A DNA stretch of 64,000 nt from Gammaproteobacteria bacterium (GCA_041483135.1 JBGPFE010000020.1:349-64348), one strand, 5' to 3'; shown: positions 17,398 to 27,053, counted from the first letter of the stretch. Numbers and translations are program-made. Notes: a model not told the origin generated them from the letters alone.

Positions 17398-18756
17398 TTA
17401 CACCGCGCGGCCATGGCGGCGCAGCCGCTCGGCGAGCTCCCGCACACTCGCCCACTGTTCGCAGCGGTCCACGGCCCGCTCGATGCCGGTGATGCCCTCC
17501 AACGTGAGCACGACGCCCGCGAGCTCGCGGAATTTGGCGCGGATCTCGGATTCTTCGTAGGGCCGCAGGCAATCGCCCCGCGGGCTGTCGCACGTGTGCG
17601 TGCTCTGCCTGCCGTCTTTCAGCGTCAGCGTCACGCGCGCGGGCTTGAGCTTCGGCGCGGCCTTCGTCAGCGCCGGGTCTTCGCTCACGTGCACGCGCTG
17701 GCGCAGCGCCGCGATCGCCGGATCGCGTAAAGCCGCATCGTTAAGCGACCCGTATCCCGCGTTGCCATTTATCACAAGCGCGGCCGCGGCATGCGGCAGC
17801 GAATATTTCGAGGCGAAATAATTGGGCGGATCCGGGTTGCGCATGGCCGCGGCGAAGCGGAAGGTCGCGACATCGATGCGCTCGATGTCCTCTGGTCTCG
17901 GGCGCAGCGCAGCCAGCGCGTCCTCGAGCGCGTCGAGCGCGGCATAGACCGGATTACAGCAGGCGCGCAGGCGAAACCAGTCGCGCGTGATCTCCCAGCG
18001 CGTGCCGAGTTCCGCGAGCAGCCCTTCCGGCCTGAAGCCGTCGCCGACAAGGTTGGCGAGCGATTCCTCGACGGCATCGTCCTGCGCCGTGAACCCCGCG
18101 AGCGCGAGATCGGGCGCGAGCGCGCACGCGAAACCGCTCATTCCCCCCGCCACGTTCAGCGTCGTCGCGCCGGCAATCGCATTGTTGTAGCTGGGCGTCA
18201 GCACCAGCGTGGTGGCGATGCGCATGGCGAGGCTCGTCTGCGCCGCGTTCAGCCCGCGCATGCGGGCGCCCGCCGCGGCCGCTCCCAAGAGCGCGGCCTG
18301 GCCGTTCTGGTGCGCGAGCGGGCGCGGGGTCATCGCCGCTGCGAGTCGCGCACCGGCATCGTAGCCGAGGATCAGCGCCGCCAGCATCTCGCGCCCGCTC
18401 GCTTGCGCCCACTCGCCCACGCTCAATACACCGGGCAGAATCTGCAGTGCGCCTTGATACGAGACGTAGCGGTGGCCTTCGCTCATCTCGATCGAGCGGC
18501 CGGCGATGACGTTGAGAAATGCAGCGGTGCGCGGGTCGCCGGCGGGCCAGCCCCGCGCGAACACTGTGGCGCCGGTGCCGGCGGTGGCGGCAAGCCTTTC
18601 GCGCAGCGCATGCACCTCGGGCCGCTCCGATCCGGCGAGAATGACGCCCAGCGTGTCTAGCACTACGAGCTTCGCATGCCGCTGCACGGACCCGGGTATC
18701 TTCTCCAACGGCGTGTCGGCGACAAACTGCGCCAGTTTTTCGATTTGCTGCCCCAT
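17398..18756 (-). CDS. MmgE/PrpD-family protein (2-methylcitrate dehydratase-like)
   Basis: 452 aa with the N-terminal pattern KLAQFVADTPLEKIPGSVQRHAKLVVLDTLGV, typical of the family. Confidence 0.85.
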   Translation of the reverse strand: MGQQIEKLAQFVADTPLEKIPGSVQRHAKLVVLDTLGVILAGSERPEVHALRERLAATAGTGATVFARGWPAGDPRTAAFLNVIAGRSIEMSEGHRYVSYQGALQILPGVLSVGEWAQASGREMLAALILGYDAGARLAAAMTPRPLAHQNGQAALLGAAAAGARMRGLNAAQTSLAMRIATTLVLTPSYNNAIAGATTLNVAGGMSGFACALAPDLALAGFTAQDDAVEESLANLVGDGFRPEGLLAELGTRWEITRDWFRLRACCNPVYAALDALEDALAALRPRPEDIERIDVATFRFAAAMRNPDPPNYFASKYSLPHAAAALVINGNAGYGSLNDAALRDPAIAALRQRVHVSEDPALTKAAPKLKPARVTLTLKDGRQSTHTCDSPRGDCLRPYEESEIRAKFRELAGVVLTLEGITGIERAVDRCEQWASVRELAERLRRHGRAV

Positions 18757-18884
18757 CTCGATTCCTCTCGCGGCTCTCGATGTCCGTCGATTCTACCCGC
18801 TCCTGCCGCGTCGGCCGATTGGCGGCACGGAATTGGTGATAAGCTGTTGCGCAAAAGAATCGACACAATCGAGAGGAGAGCCCG

Positions 18885-19892
18885 ATGCTCAGCCACATCC
18901 GATTTCCATCCCGCGCTCGCCGCGGGCACACCGCGCGCTGCGCGCTCGCCATGTTGTGCCTCGTCGTGTGCGGCTACGCCGGCGCGGCTGAATGGGTCCC
19001 GCAACGGCCCTTGCGTCTCATTGTCCCGTTCCCGCCGGGCGGCACCGCGGATCTGCTGGCGCGGCTGCTCGCGCCGCCGATGGGCGCCGCGCTCGGCCAG
19101 CAGATCGTGGTCGACAACCGCGGCGGCGCGGGCGGCGTGATCGCGATGGAAGCCGTCGCGCACGCGCAGCCCGATGGCTATACCTTCGGCATTCCCTCGC
19201 TCAGCGCGCACGCGAGCAATGCGACGCTCGCCGCGCAACTGCCCTACGATTCGATCAAGGATTTCCTGCCGCTCACGTTCGTTGCGCAATCGCCCGTCGT
19301 GCTCGTCGTCCATCCGTCGAATCCCGCGCTGTCGGTGCAGGACATGATCGCGCGCGCCAGGGCGGCGGGGCGCCCGATCAATTTCGCGTCGTCCGGCATC
19401 GGCGTCGTCAATCACATCGCCGGCGAGCGGCTCAAGCTCGAGGCGAAAGCCGACATGGTACACGTGCCGTACAAAGGCGGCGGCCCGGCGATGGTCGATG
19501 TGATGGGCGGGCAGATCGAGATGATGTTCAATCCCGTGTCATCGGTGCTGCCGTTCGTGAACGGCGGCAAGCTGCGCGCGCTCGCGATCGCGGACCGCCG
19601 GCGTTCCACGCTGTTGCCGAATGTCGCGACCATGGCGGAGTCCGGGTTTGCCGATTTCTTCATGCTGGAATCGTGGGGGCTGGTGGCACCCGCCGGCACG
19701 CCGCCCGACGCCGCGCGCCGCCTGCGCGCAGAGGCCGTCAAGGCGCTGCAGCAGCCGGACATCGTGGCGCGCTACACCGGTCAAGGCGTCGAGCTATTGC
19801 CGTCTACGCCCGAGCGGCTGCGCGACATCATCGCCGGCGAGATCAAAAAGTACCGCGACATCATCCAGCGCGCCGGCATCAAGGCAAACTGA
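18885..19892 (+). CDS. Bug/TctC-family periplasmic solute-binding protein
   Basis: SD GAGAGGAG. PLRLIVPFPPGGTAD, DNRGGAGG, QPDGYT, HVPYKGG. Confidence 0.85.
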   Translation: MLSHIRFPSRARRGHTARCALAMLCLVVCGYAGAAEWVPQRPLRLIVPFPPGGTADLLARLLAPPMGAALGQQIVVDNRGGAGGVIAMEAVAHAQPDGYTFGIPSLSAHASNATLAAQLPYDSIKDFLPLTFVAQSPVVLVVHPSNPALSVQDMIARARAAGRPINFASSGIGVVNHIAGERLKLEAKADMVHVPYKGGGPAMVDVMGGQIEMMFNPVSSVLPFVNGGKLRALAIADRRRSTLLPNVATMAESGFADFFMLESWGLVAPAGTPPDAARRLRAEAVKALQQPDIVARYTGQGVELLPSTPERLRDIIAGEIKKYRDIIQRAGIKAN

Positions 19893-19910
19893 AATCGCTC
19901 CGCGCGGGCT

Positions 19911-20906
19911 TCAGCTCGTCCAGAAATCCGGCGTGCGCCGGATCCATTCGGCGAAATCGGCCCACATCGCGGCGGGTTCGCGCGAGCGGAAACCGAACTC
20001 CTTCATCATGCGCCCCATGTCCATCAGCGAGCGCTGCTGGTCGGAATACGTGACGTTAGGCGTTTCGCCCTCCGCCGCGACGCGAAATTCGAAGCGGGGA
20101 AAGACCGGTTTCAGCGCGGTGCACCACGTGACCATGGTGTCGCCCCACACCCGGCCGGAGGAAAGATTGTAGATGGCGTGGCGCGGCGCTTGCGCATCGA
20201 GCAGCAGGATCAGTCCCGCGGCGAGGTCGCGGCTGTAGACGAGATCGCGCGGTATCTCGTGGCGTGGCAGGATCGCGACTTTACCCGCCAGCGCGAGCGC
20301 CACGATCTGGGAGTGCGACTCGATGCGGTCGCGCACGCCCGTGTCGCGCTCCCATGGGCCGACCACATTGCCGAGCCGCGCGGACACCACGTCGAGGGCC
20401 CACAGCTCGCGCATGCGCAGACACGCGCGCTCGGCCGCGTGCTTGGTAATCGAATATAGCCGCACCGGCACCGGCAGCGCGGTGTCTTCGTAAAGCCAGG
20501 GCAGGCCTTTATACAGCGTTTCCCCGTAAATCGAGCCCGAGTTCAGATACACGACGCGCCGCACCTTGTGGCGCCGTGCCGCGTCGAGGACGTTGAGGGT
20601 GCCATTCAGGTTGATGTTGACGACGGTCACCGGATCGCGCGCCTCACGTTCCGCGCCCGATGTCATCGCCGCGCAATGAATGACGCCGTCGGGCGCGTAG
20701 CGTTCATGCACGCGCATGACTTGCCCGGCGTCGCAGATGTCCCCCTGCACCACGGTGAGCCGCTTCGCGTGCGGCGCGAACGCGCGTTGCGCGGCCGCCG
20801 GCAACGGCCCCCGGTCGAATACCACCACGTCGCGCCCGCCCGCGAGCAGGGCCTCGACCACGTTGACGCCGACGAATCCGGTGCCGCCCGTCACCAGCGC
20901 TGTCAT
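19911..20906 (-). CDS. NAD-dependent epimerase/dehydratase family protein
   Basis: MTALVTGGTGFVGVNVVEAL Rossmann motif and a YxxxK-type SDR-extended layout. Confidence 0.8.
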   Translation of the reverse strand: MTALVTGGTGFVGVNVVEALLAGGRDVVVFDRGPLPAAAQRAFAPHAKRLTVVQGDICDAGQVMRVHERYAPDGVIHCAAMTSGAEREARDPVTVVNINLNGTLNVLDAARRHKVRRVVYLNSGSIYGETLYKGLPWLYEDTALPVPVRLYSITKHAAERACLRMRELWALDVVSARLGNVVGPWERDTGVRDRIESHSQIVALALAGKVAILPRHEIPRDLVYSRDLAAGLILLLDAQAPRHAIYNLSSGRVWGDTMVTWCTALKPVFPRFEFRVAAEGETPNVTYSDQQRSLMDMGRMMKEFGFRSREPAAMWADFAEWIRRTPDFWTS

Positions 20907-20961
20907 GATAAGTCCGGAATAATGGGGAACAAGCCCCGGTTTTCTGCGGATATATTCGCGG

Positions 20962-21222
20962 TCATCCGCCGCTCAGCGCCTGGACGATGAAAACCTCGTC
21001 CGAGCCCGCGAGCGGGACATCGAGCGAGCGCACCTGCTCGCCGTTTACGAAGATGCGGATGTGACGGCGGAGCGCATCCTGCTCGTCGATCATGCGGAAG
21101 CGGATGCCGGGAAAGCGCCGGTCGAGATCAGCGAGCACTTCGCCAAGCGTCGCGCCGTCGGCTTCCACCTGGCGCCGCTCGTCCGTGTAGGAACGCAGCG
21201 GGTCGGGAATCAGCACCTTCAT
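20962..21222 (-). CDS. MoaD/ThiS-family ubiquitin-like small protein (86 aa, C-terminal GG)
   Basis: MKVLIP...IFVNGEQV...VFIVQALSGG*. The start overlaps the stop of the upstream gene in ATGA. Confidence 0.7.
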   Translation of the reverse strand: MKVLIPDPLRSYTDERRQVEADGATLGEVLADLDRRFPGIRFRMIDEQDALRRHIRIFVNGEQVRSLDVPLAGSDEVFIVQALSGG

Positions 21223-22394
21223 CACCGGGGCCCGGCCGCCTCCACGGCGTAAATTTCCGGCAGGTAGCGCGCGATGCACGTCCATTTCGCGCCTTCGTTC
21301 CGGCTCGCCCATATCTCGCCGCCGGTGGTTCCGAAGTACAGGCCGACAGGATCGTGCGCGTCGCAGCTCATCGCCTGGCGCTTCACCGTGAACCAGCCCT
21401 GGCGCGCCGGCAGCCCGGCGTCTTGTCGCTGCCAGGTCTTGCCCGCATTGCGAGTCACGTAAGCCGCGGGCTTGCCGCCCGGGCTCGTGCGCGGCCACAC
21501 CGAAGTGCCGTCCATCGGAAACACCCACACGGTTTTCGGATCGCGCGGATGCAGCACGATCGGGAAGCCGATGTCGCCGATCTTCTTCGGCATGTTCTCG
21601 CCGATCCGCACCCACTTCCCCGTAGAACGTTCCATCCTGTATATCCCGCAATGGTTTTGCTGATACAGAATTCCCGGCGCGAGCGGATGGATCTTCACGC
21701 AATGCGGGTCATGCCCGTACTCGGGAAGCGGATCGGGACGGAAGTCGGCGCGGCAGCCGGCGTTAAGCGGCTTCCAGTCAGCGCCTTTGTCCACGCTTTC
21801 GAACACGCCGCCGCTCGACATGCCGACGTAGAGGTGGCGCGCGTTGCGCGGGTCGACAATGACCGAGTGCATCTTCGGCCCGTCAGGCGTGCCGTCCTGC
21901 TCGCCGCCGGTCCACTTCGTATACATCGGATGATCGTTGAAGCCGGCAACAGGAACCCAGGTGTCGCCGCCGTCCTCGCTGCGAAAAAGGCCCTGCGGCG
22001 ACGTTCCCGCGTACCATGCATTCGGCTCGCTCGGATGGCCAGGGGTAAGCCAGAACGTGTGATCGACGACGCGGCCTTTCTGTCCTTCGGGCACTTTGGG
22101 AAATGCGGGCGGCTTCGTGGCCTCCTTCCAGTTCTTCCCGAAATCGGTCGAGCGATACACGGTGGGGCCCAGGTGGCCGGTGCGCGCGGCAACGAGCAGC
22201 GTGCGCCGGTCGCGCGGGTCGAGCACCATGTGGTGCACGGTATGGCCGAAAAACATCGGTCCTGCGATTTTCCAGGCGCGCCGGGCTGGGTCCGACTTCA
22301 GGGTAAAGGCGCCTTTGCGGGTCGCGACGAGCAAGGCGACTGCGCCTGTTGACGCAGCCGGCGGGACTAAATATGCGCGGGAATCTATTTTCAT
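21222..22394 (-). CDS. BNR/Asp-box repeat beta-propeller protein (sialidase-like fold, function unknown)
   Basis: Five SxDxGxxW-type boxes (STDFGKNW, SEDGGDTW, SVDKGADW, TRNAGKTW, SRNEGAKW). No obvious signal peptide. Confidence 0.8.
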   Translation of the reverse strand: MKIDSRAYLVPPAASTGAVALLVATRKGAFTLKSDPARRAWKIAGPMFFGHTVHHMVLDPRDRRTLLVAARTGHLGPTVYRSTDFGKNWKEATKPPAFPKVPEGQKGRVVDHTFWLTPGHPSEPNAWYAGTSPQGLFRSEDGGDTWVPVAGFNDHPMYTKWTGGEQDGTPDGPKMHSVIVDPRNARHLYVGMSSGGVFESVDKGADWKPLNAGCRADFRPDPLPEYGHDPHCVKIHPLAPGILYQQNHCGIYRMERSTGKWVRIGENMPKKIGDIGFPIVLHPRDPKTVWVFPMDGTSVWPRTSPGGKPAAYVTRNAGKTWQRQDAGLPARQGWFTVKRQAMSCDAHDPVGLYFGTTGGEIWASRNEGAKWTCIARYLPEIYAVEAAGPR

Positions 22395-22599
22395 GGCGAG
22401 TCACCTTTAAGCAGACAACCTGATAGTCAATTACAGAGGGGTAATTTTGCGCCTCCGCGTATCGCCGTTCAAGCGACGGCAAGTCAAGCGATTTGGCGGT
22501 TTAAACGGGATTTTGGATCGCGCAATGGAAAAGAACAACGCGAGTATGATGGCCGAATAAATGGGGTCGGTGTATTTTAGGCAGCACAGGGAGAAGATC

Positions 22600-23586
22600 A
22601 TGCAAGCTTGCGCAACATTGACCCGGGGGATCACCGTGGCGGCACTCGCAGCGCTGTCGGTGTCGCCCGCAAACGCGCAGGAGCCGTTCCCGTCCCATAT
22701 CATCACCGTCGTCAACCCGAACGCAGCCGGGGGCACGTCGGACATCATCACGCACGGCATGTCGGAATCGCTGCAGCGCGCGTTCAAGCAGACGGTGGTC
22801 ACGATCACCCGCGTGGGCGCCGGTGGCGCGGTGGGCGGAGCGTACGTGGCGAAAGCGCCCGCCGACGGCTACACCACCCTGCTCAACACGGTGACCCACG
22901 TACTGATCCCGATCACGGAGAACGTGCTCGGCCGGCACGCCCCCTACGCGGTCGACGATTTCATACTGCTCGCGCGGGTCACGGCCGATCCGCTGCTGTT
23001 CGTCGTGCACGCGAGCCTGCCGGTCAAGACGGTGAAGGAGTTGGTCGCCCTTGCCAAGAGGAAGCCCGGTGAACTGACGTTTTCATCGCCCGGGCTCTAC
23101 AGCAGCGGCCACGTCAGCATGGCGATGCTGATGCGCGCGGCGAACGTCAACCTGCTCCACGCGCCCTACAACGGCGCGGGCCCGGCCATGATCGCCGTGC
23201 TCGGCGGCCACGTATTCATGATGCATGCACCGATTGGGGTCGCGAGCCCGCACATCAGCTCCGGCCGCGTGCGCCTGATCGCGCAGACGGGCCCGACACG
23301 CGGGCCCGCGTTCCCCGATACGCCCACGCTGAAGGAAGCGGGAGTTGATGCCGAGTTCACGCTGTGGGCCGGATACTTCGCGCCCGCCGGGACGCCCGCC
23401 GCCGCCGTCAAGGCGTGGCAGGCCGCGCTGCGCGAAAGCGCGGCAGACCCCAGGTTCAAGGCGGCAATGGCCAAGATCAACGTCACGATCGACTACCTGG
23501 ACGGCGACGCGCTCAAAGCGTGGTACGACACCGAGCTGAAGCGGCTCGACCGCGAGATCCGGGCCATCGGCAAGATCGAAAGCTGA
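22600..23586 (+). CDS. Bug/TctC-family periplasmic solute-binding protein (divergent)
   Basis: ATG at 22600 after GGGAGAAG. Signal peptide, IITVVNPNAAGGTSD, PADGYT, HAPYNGAG. Confidence 0.8.
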   Translation: MQACATLTRGITVAALAALSVSPANAQEPFPSHIITVVNPNAAGGTSDIITHGMSESLQRAFKQTVVTITRVGAGGAVGGAYVAKAPADGYTTLLNTVTHVLIPITENVLGRHAPYAVDDFILLARVTADPLLFVVHASLPVKTVKELVALAKRKPGELTFSSPGLYSSGHVSMAMLMRAANVNLLHAPYNGAGPAMIAVLGGHVFMMHAPIGVASPHISSGRVRLIAQTGPTRGPAFPDTPTLKEAGVDAEFTLWAGYFAPAGTPAAAVKAWQAALRESAADPRFKAAMAKINVTIDYLDGDALKAWYDTELKRLDREIRAIGKIES

Positions 23587-23630
23587 ACGCAAGCGCCGGA
23601 TAGACCGGGTCGATAATATGGGGCGGAGTA

Positions 23631-23711
23631 CATTGAGGATTGAGTAATTGAGTGATTGAGCAACAAAATCACTTAATCACCGAATCACTGAATCGCCAGA
23701 TTCCCCTCCGC
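23631..23711 (+). repeat. GATT/AATC word hairpin element, copy 6, with GCCAGATTCCCCTCCGC tail
   Basis: CATTGAGGATTGAGTAATTGAGTGATTGAGCAACAAAATCACTTAATCACCGAATCACTGAATCGCCAGATTCCCCTCCGC. Confidence 0.8.
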
Positions 23712-23725
23712 TACAATATCCGCCT

Positions 23726-24412
23726 ATGTGTGGCCGCTACACCCAACACCACGACGCGGACCAGGTGGCCAGGAAGTTCGGCGCCAAGTTCGACCCCAAC
23801 CGCCCGCTGCCGCCGTTCGGTTTGGGCTACAACATCGCCCCCTCGCAATTTGTGTTGACCGCCGCACGCCACCACGACGCGACGCCGACGATGGTCGGCA
23901 TGCGTTGGGGCCTGTTGCCGCATTGGGCCGACCCCGAGACGCTTAAAACCCGGCCCATCAACGCGCGCATGGAAACTGCGGACAAGCTGCCCCTGTTCCG
24001 CGCAAGCTTCAAGTCGAAGCGCTGCCTGATCGCCGCGGACGGGTTCTACGAGTGGAAGCAAATCGAAAGCGGGAAGATCCCGCACTACATCACGCTGCCC
24101 GGCGGCGATCTGTTCGCATTCGCGGGCCTGTGGGACGCCTGGAAGCCGCAGGAAGACGGCGATCTGGTCTACACCTGCACCCTCCTGACCACCGAGCCCA
24201 ACGACTTCATGGCCAGGATTCATAACCGCATGCCGGTGATACTGGCGCCGGAAAATTACGGCGAATGGCTCGATCCCGAATATCATGACGTCGAAGGACT
24301 TAAGCGCCTGGCGCGCCCTTGGCGCGGAGACATGAAGGCGTGGCCGGTAGATAAAATGGTCAACAGCCCGAACAATGACAATATGAGCTTGATTAAACCG
24401 GTGAGTGAATAG
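23726..24412 (+). CDS. SOS-response-associated peptidase (SRAP/YedK family)
   Basis: Begins MCGRY (catalytic Cys2) and contains the WGLLPHW motif; 228 aa. Confidence 0.85.
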   Translation: MCGRYTQHHDADQVARKFGAKFDPNRPLPPFGLGYNIAPSQFVLTAARHHDATPTMVGMRWGLLPHWADPETLKTRPINARMETADKLPLFRASFKSKRCLIAADGFYEWKQIESGKIPHYITLPGGDLFAFAGLWDAWKPQEDGDLVYTCTLLTTEPNDFMARIHNRMPVILAPENYGEWLDPEYHDVEGLKRLARPWRGDMKAWPVDKMVNSPNNDNMSLIKPVSE

Positions 24413-24509
24413 GGTCAATGTAATTTTTCCATGTCCTCGGATGCGCTTGCCGCGGCATCGGAAAAGCACTTTCTGATGCTTGCGAAAATGCGCTATCCTG
24501 AACCGCCTC

Positions 24510-25136
24510 ATGAACCCCGCAACCACAGACACTTTGCAAAACGGAAACGTGCGCGCGATTTCCAGGGAGGAAATGGCTGACCTGCCTATCCGCCGGTATG
24601 AGGGCGAGGTGTCCCTCGTGACAACGCCGCAGGACCTGGAGCGCGCGCGGGCGGACATCCGGCGGGAAAACGTCGTCGGCTTCGATACGGAGACGCGGCC
24701 CGCGTTCAGGAAAGGCGAGAGTTATCCGCCCTGCCTGGTACAGGCGGCCACGGCCAGTGCGGTGTACTTGTTCCAGTTGCGCCGGGTGGATGTTTTCGAG
24801 GTTCTCGCCGAGCTGTTGGCGGAGCCGCGCATCGTCAAGGCCGGTGTGGCGCTGGCATACGATCTGCGCACGCTCAAGCTGGTGTTTCCGTTCATGGAGC
24901 AGAACGTGGTCGATCTGGGCGTCGTCGCAAGGCGCTGCGGCCTCGACCAGACCGGTTTGCGCAACCTCGCCGGGATGTTCCTGGGAATCCGGATTCCCAA
25001 AGGCACCAAGACTTCAAACTGGGCCGCGCCGCAGTTGTCCGCGCAGCAGATCACCTACGCCGCCACGGATGCCTGGGTCTGCCGCGAAGTGTTCCTGCGT
25101 TTCCAGAGTCTCGGGCTGCTGCCGGCGAAGCCGTAA
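24510..25136 (+). CDS. 3'-5' exonuclease domain protein (DEDDy, RNase D/WRN-exo-like)
   Basis: VVGFDTETRP (ExoI), KAGVALAYDL (ExoII), YAATDAWV (ExoIII). Start is uncertain (24480 TTG, 24510 ATG or 24573 ATG). Confidence 0.7.
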   Translation: MNPATTDTLQNGNVRAISREEMADLPIRRYEGEVSLVTTPQDLERARADIRRENVVGFDTETRPAFRKGESYPPCLVQAATASAVYLFQLRRVDVFEVLAELLAEPRIVKAGVALAYDLRTLKLVFPFMEQNVVDLGVVARRCGLDQTGLRNLAGMFLGIRIPKGTKTSNWAAPQLSAQQITYAATDAWVCREVFLRFQSLGLLPAKP

Positions 25137-25233
25137 GCTTCACGCCAGGAAACAGCAATGGGACGGCGCCCGGTTTTGATTCGCTGACTGACGATTCCGG
25201 AAACCAAGCTGCTCCGTTTCCACGCTCCCTCTC

Positions 25234-26436
25234 ATGCCCCTGCGCTTCATTGCCCACCTGGACATGGACGCGTTCTACGCGTCGGTCGAATTGCTGCGCT
25301 ACCCGCAGCTGCGCGGCCGGCCGGTGGTGATCGGCGGGCGGCGGCGCGCTGCCGGAGAGCCATTGTCCGGCACGGCCTTCCCTGCCCTGCGCAACTATTC
25401 CGGCCGCGGCGTGATCACCACCGCCACCTACGAAGCGCGCGCGCTCGGCGTTCACTCGGGCATGGGGCTGATGAAGGCGGCGCGGCTCGCGCCCGCTGCG
25501 CTCCTCTTACCCGCGGACTTCGACCAGTACCGGCGCTACTCGCGGCTGTTCAAAGACGCGGTACGCGCGGTGGCCCCCGATATCGAAGACCGCGGCATCG
25601 ACGAGATCTACGTCGACCTGACCAGCCTCGTCATGACCGACGTCGAGAGCGATGCCCCGGACCCGTGGACGCGTGCGCGCGACGTGGCAGTATCCATCCA
25701 GAGCGCCGTGCGCAACGCGACCGGACTGTCGTGCTCGATCGGCATCACGCCGAACAAGCTCCTGTCGAAGATCGCCTCCGAGCTTGAAAAGCCCGGCGGG
25801 ATCACTGTTCTCCGCGAAACCGATATTCCCGCCCGCATCTGGCCGCTGCCGGCGCGCAAGGTCAACGGCATCGGTCCCAAGGCGAGCGCGCGGCTGGAGG
25901 CGCTCGGCATTCGCACCATCGGCGAGCTTGCGAACGCCGATCCGGCGTTGCTGGTCGAGCAGTTCGGCAAGAGCTACGGCGCGTGGCTGTTTGATGCGGC
26001 GCACGGGCGCGACGAGCGGACGGTGGTCACTTACAGCGAGCCGAAATCGATCAGCCGCGAAACGACGTTCGAGGACGACCTGCATCCGGTGCGCGACCGG
26101 GAGCAACTCTCGCGCATCTTCACGGAACTGTGCGTGAGGGTGGCCGGCGATCTTGAGCGCAAAGGTTACGTCGGCAAAACGATCGGCCTCAAGCTGCGCT
26201 ACGACAACTTCAAGACCGTCACCCGCGACCGCACTATCGATGCGCCGACGCGGGACGCCGGCGCGATACGCCGGGCCGCGGGCGAATGCCTGAAACGCGT
26301 GCCGCTCGACCGGCGCATCCGGCTCCTCGGCGTGCGCATCGGTGCGCTGAGCAAACCCGGCACTCAGGCGCACGCTGACGCATCATCGCGCGCTTCGCAC
26401 ATGCCAACGTTGTTTGAGGATATATCCGAAGGATGA
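25234..26436 (+). CDS. dinB: DNA polymerase IV (Y-family translesion polymerase)
   Basis: IAHLDMDAFYASVE, SCSIGITPNKLLSKIAS and GIGPK motifs; 400 aa. Confidence 0.9.
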   Translation: MPLRFIAHLDMDAFYASVELLRYPQLRGRPVVIGGRRRAAGEPLSGTAFPALRNYSGRGVITTATYEARALGVHSGMGLMKAARLAPAALLLPADFDQYRRYSRLFKDAVRAVAPDIEDRGIDEIYVDLTSLVMTDVESDAPDPWTRARDVAVSIQSAVRNATGLSCSIGITPNKLLSKIASELEKPGGITVLRETDIPARIWPLPARKVNGIGPKASARLEALGIRTIGELANADPALLVEQFGKSYGAWLFDAAHGRDERTVVTYSEPKSISRETTFEDDLHPVRDREQLSRIFTELCVRVAGDLERKGYVGKTIGLKLRYDNFKTVTRDRTIDAPTRDAGAIRRAAGECLKRVPLDRRIRLLGVRIGALSKPGTQAHADASSRASHMPTLFEDISEG

Positions 26437-26831
26437 GGGATGAAGGCACCCCAAGCCACTCCCACTCCCACCGCATCGTCGGCAAGGCGCGACTTTGCCG
26501 GTCCAGCCTGATCTCGGTCCGAATTCCTTCGGCTGTCTAAAGATGAGCCCTGCCGTGTAGATTCCGGGAAGCGCCGGTCCTGCTTACGCCTGCATCCCGT
26601 CGGCCGGTCGTCGGTACCGTCAGACTATCGTCACTTTATTGCCGCTGATACCCCGTTTACCGCCTGCTTTCTCTACGAAATTGGCACTCAGACTGCTCAA
26701 AAGCGTCTTATCGCCTGGGTGGTGTTCCATGGCCCATATATTGCGTATGTCGGGCAGGCACCAATAAATTTCGGGCTTGCCAATCAATGGACATTGGCAG
26801 AACGACAAAAAACAGTTAGGAGGCAACGATT

Positions 26832-27053
26832 TTGCAAGTTGATTTGAAAAACCCCGATCAACAGATCGGTCTGGTCATTTCCCAGAACTGCTCCGAGGTC
26901 GGCCGCGTGACATCGGTAAAGGTTTACCGTTCGCCTTCCCCGTTCGCGCTGATTGAAATGTCTACTCAAGAGCAGACGCACGAAGTGGCCTCCCGGCATG
27001 GGGGCTCCTCCTTCGGATCCTGCGCGCTCATTCACCTGGAGCAAAAACCCTGA
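26832..27053 (+). CDS. small hypothetical protein (73 aa) in a low-GC islet
   Basis: TTG start 10 nt downstream of AGGAGG. The ORF stays open through sequence of roughly 50% GC by eye. No family recognised. Confidence 0.4.
   Translation: MQVDLKNPDQQIGLVISQNCSEVGRVTSVKVYRSPSPFALIEMSTQEQTHEVASRHGGSSFGSCALIHLEQKP

Noticed and set aside
20962-21702. 246-aa ORF covering the MoaD-like gene
   Set aside because: Only the last 86 codons (from the ATG at 21222) have MoaD/ThiS character. The upstream part overlaps the 3' end of the BNR gene out of frame.
23587-25233. LexA (SOS) boxes upstream of the SRAP, exonuclease and dinB genes
   Set aside because: I scanned the three upstream regions by eye for CTGT-N8-ACAG and found none. 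A divergent clade-specific motif cannot be excluded without a matrix scan.
26620-26826. 68-aa minus-strand ORF in the low-GC islet
   Set aside because: It has a TTG start without an SD, and its 5' end overlaps the strong SD of the opposite-strand small ORF. There are no recognisable motifs. It is kept only as an unresolved possibility.
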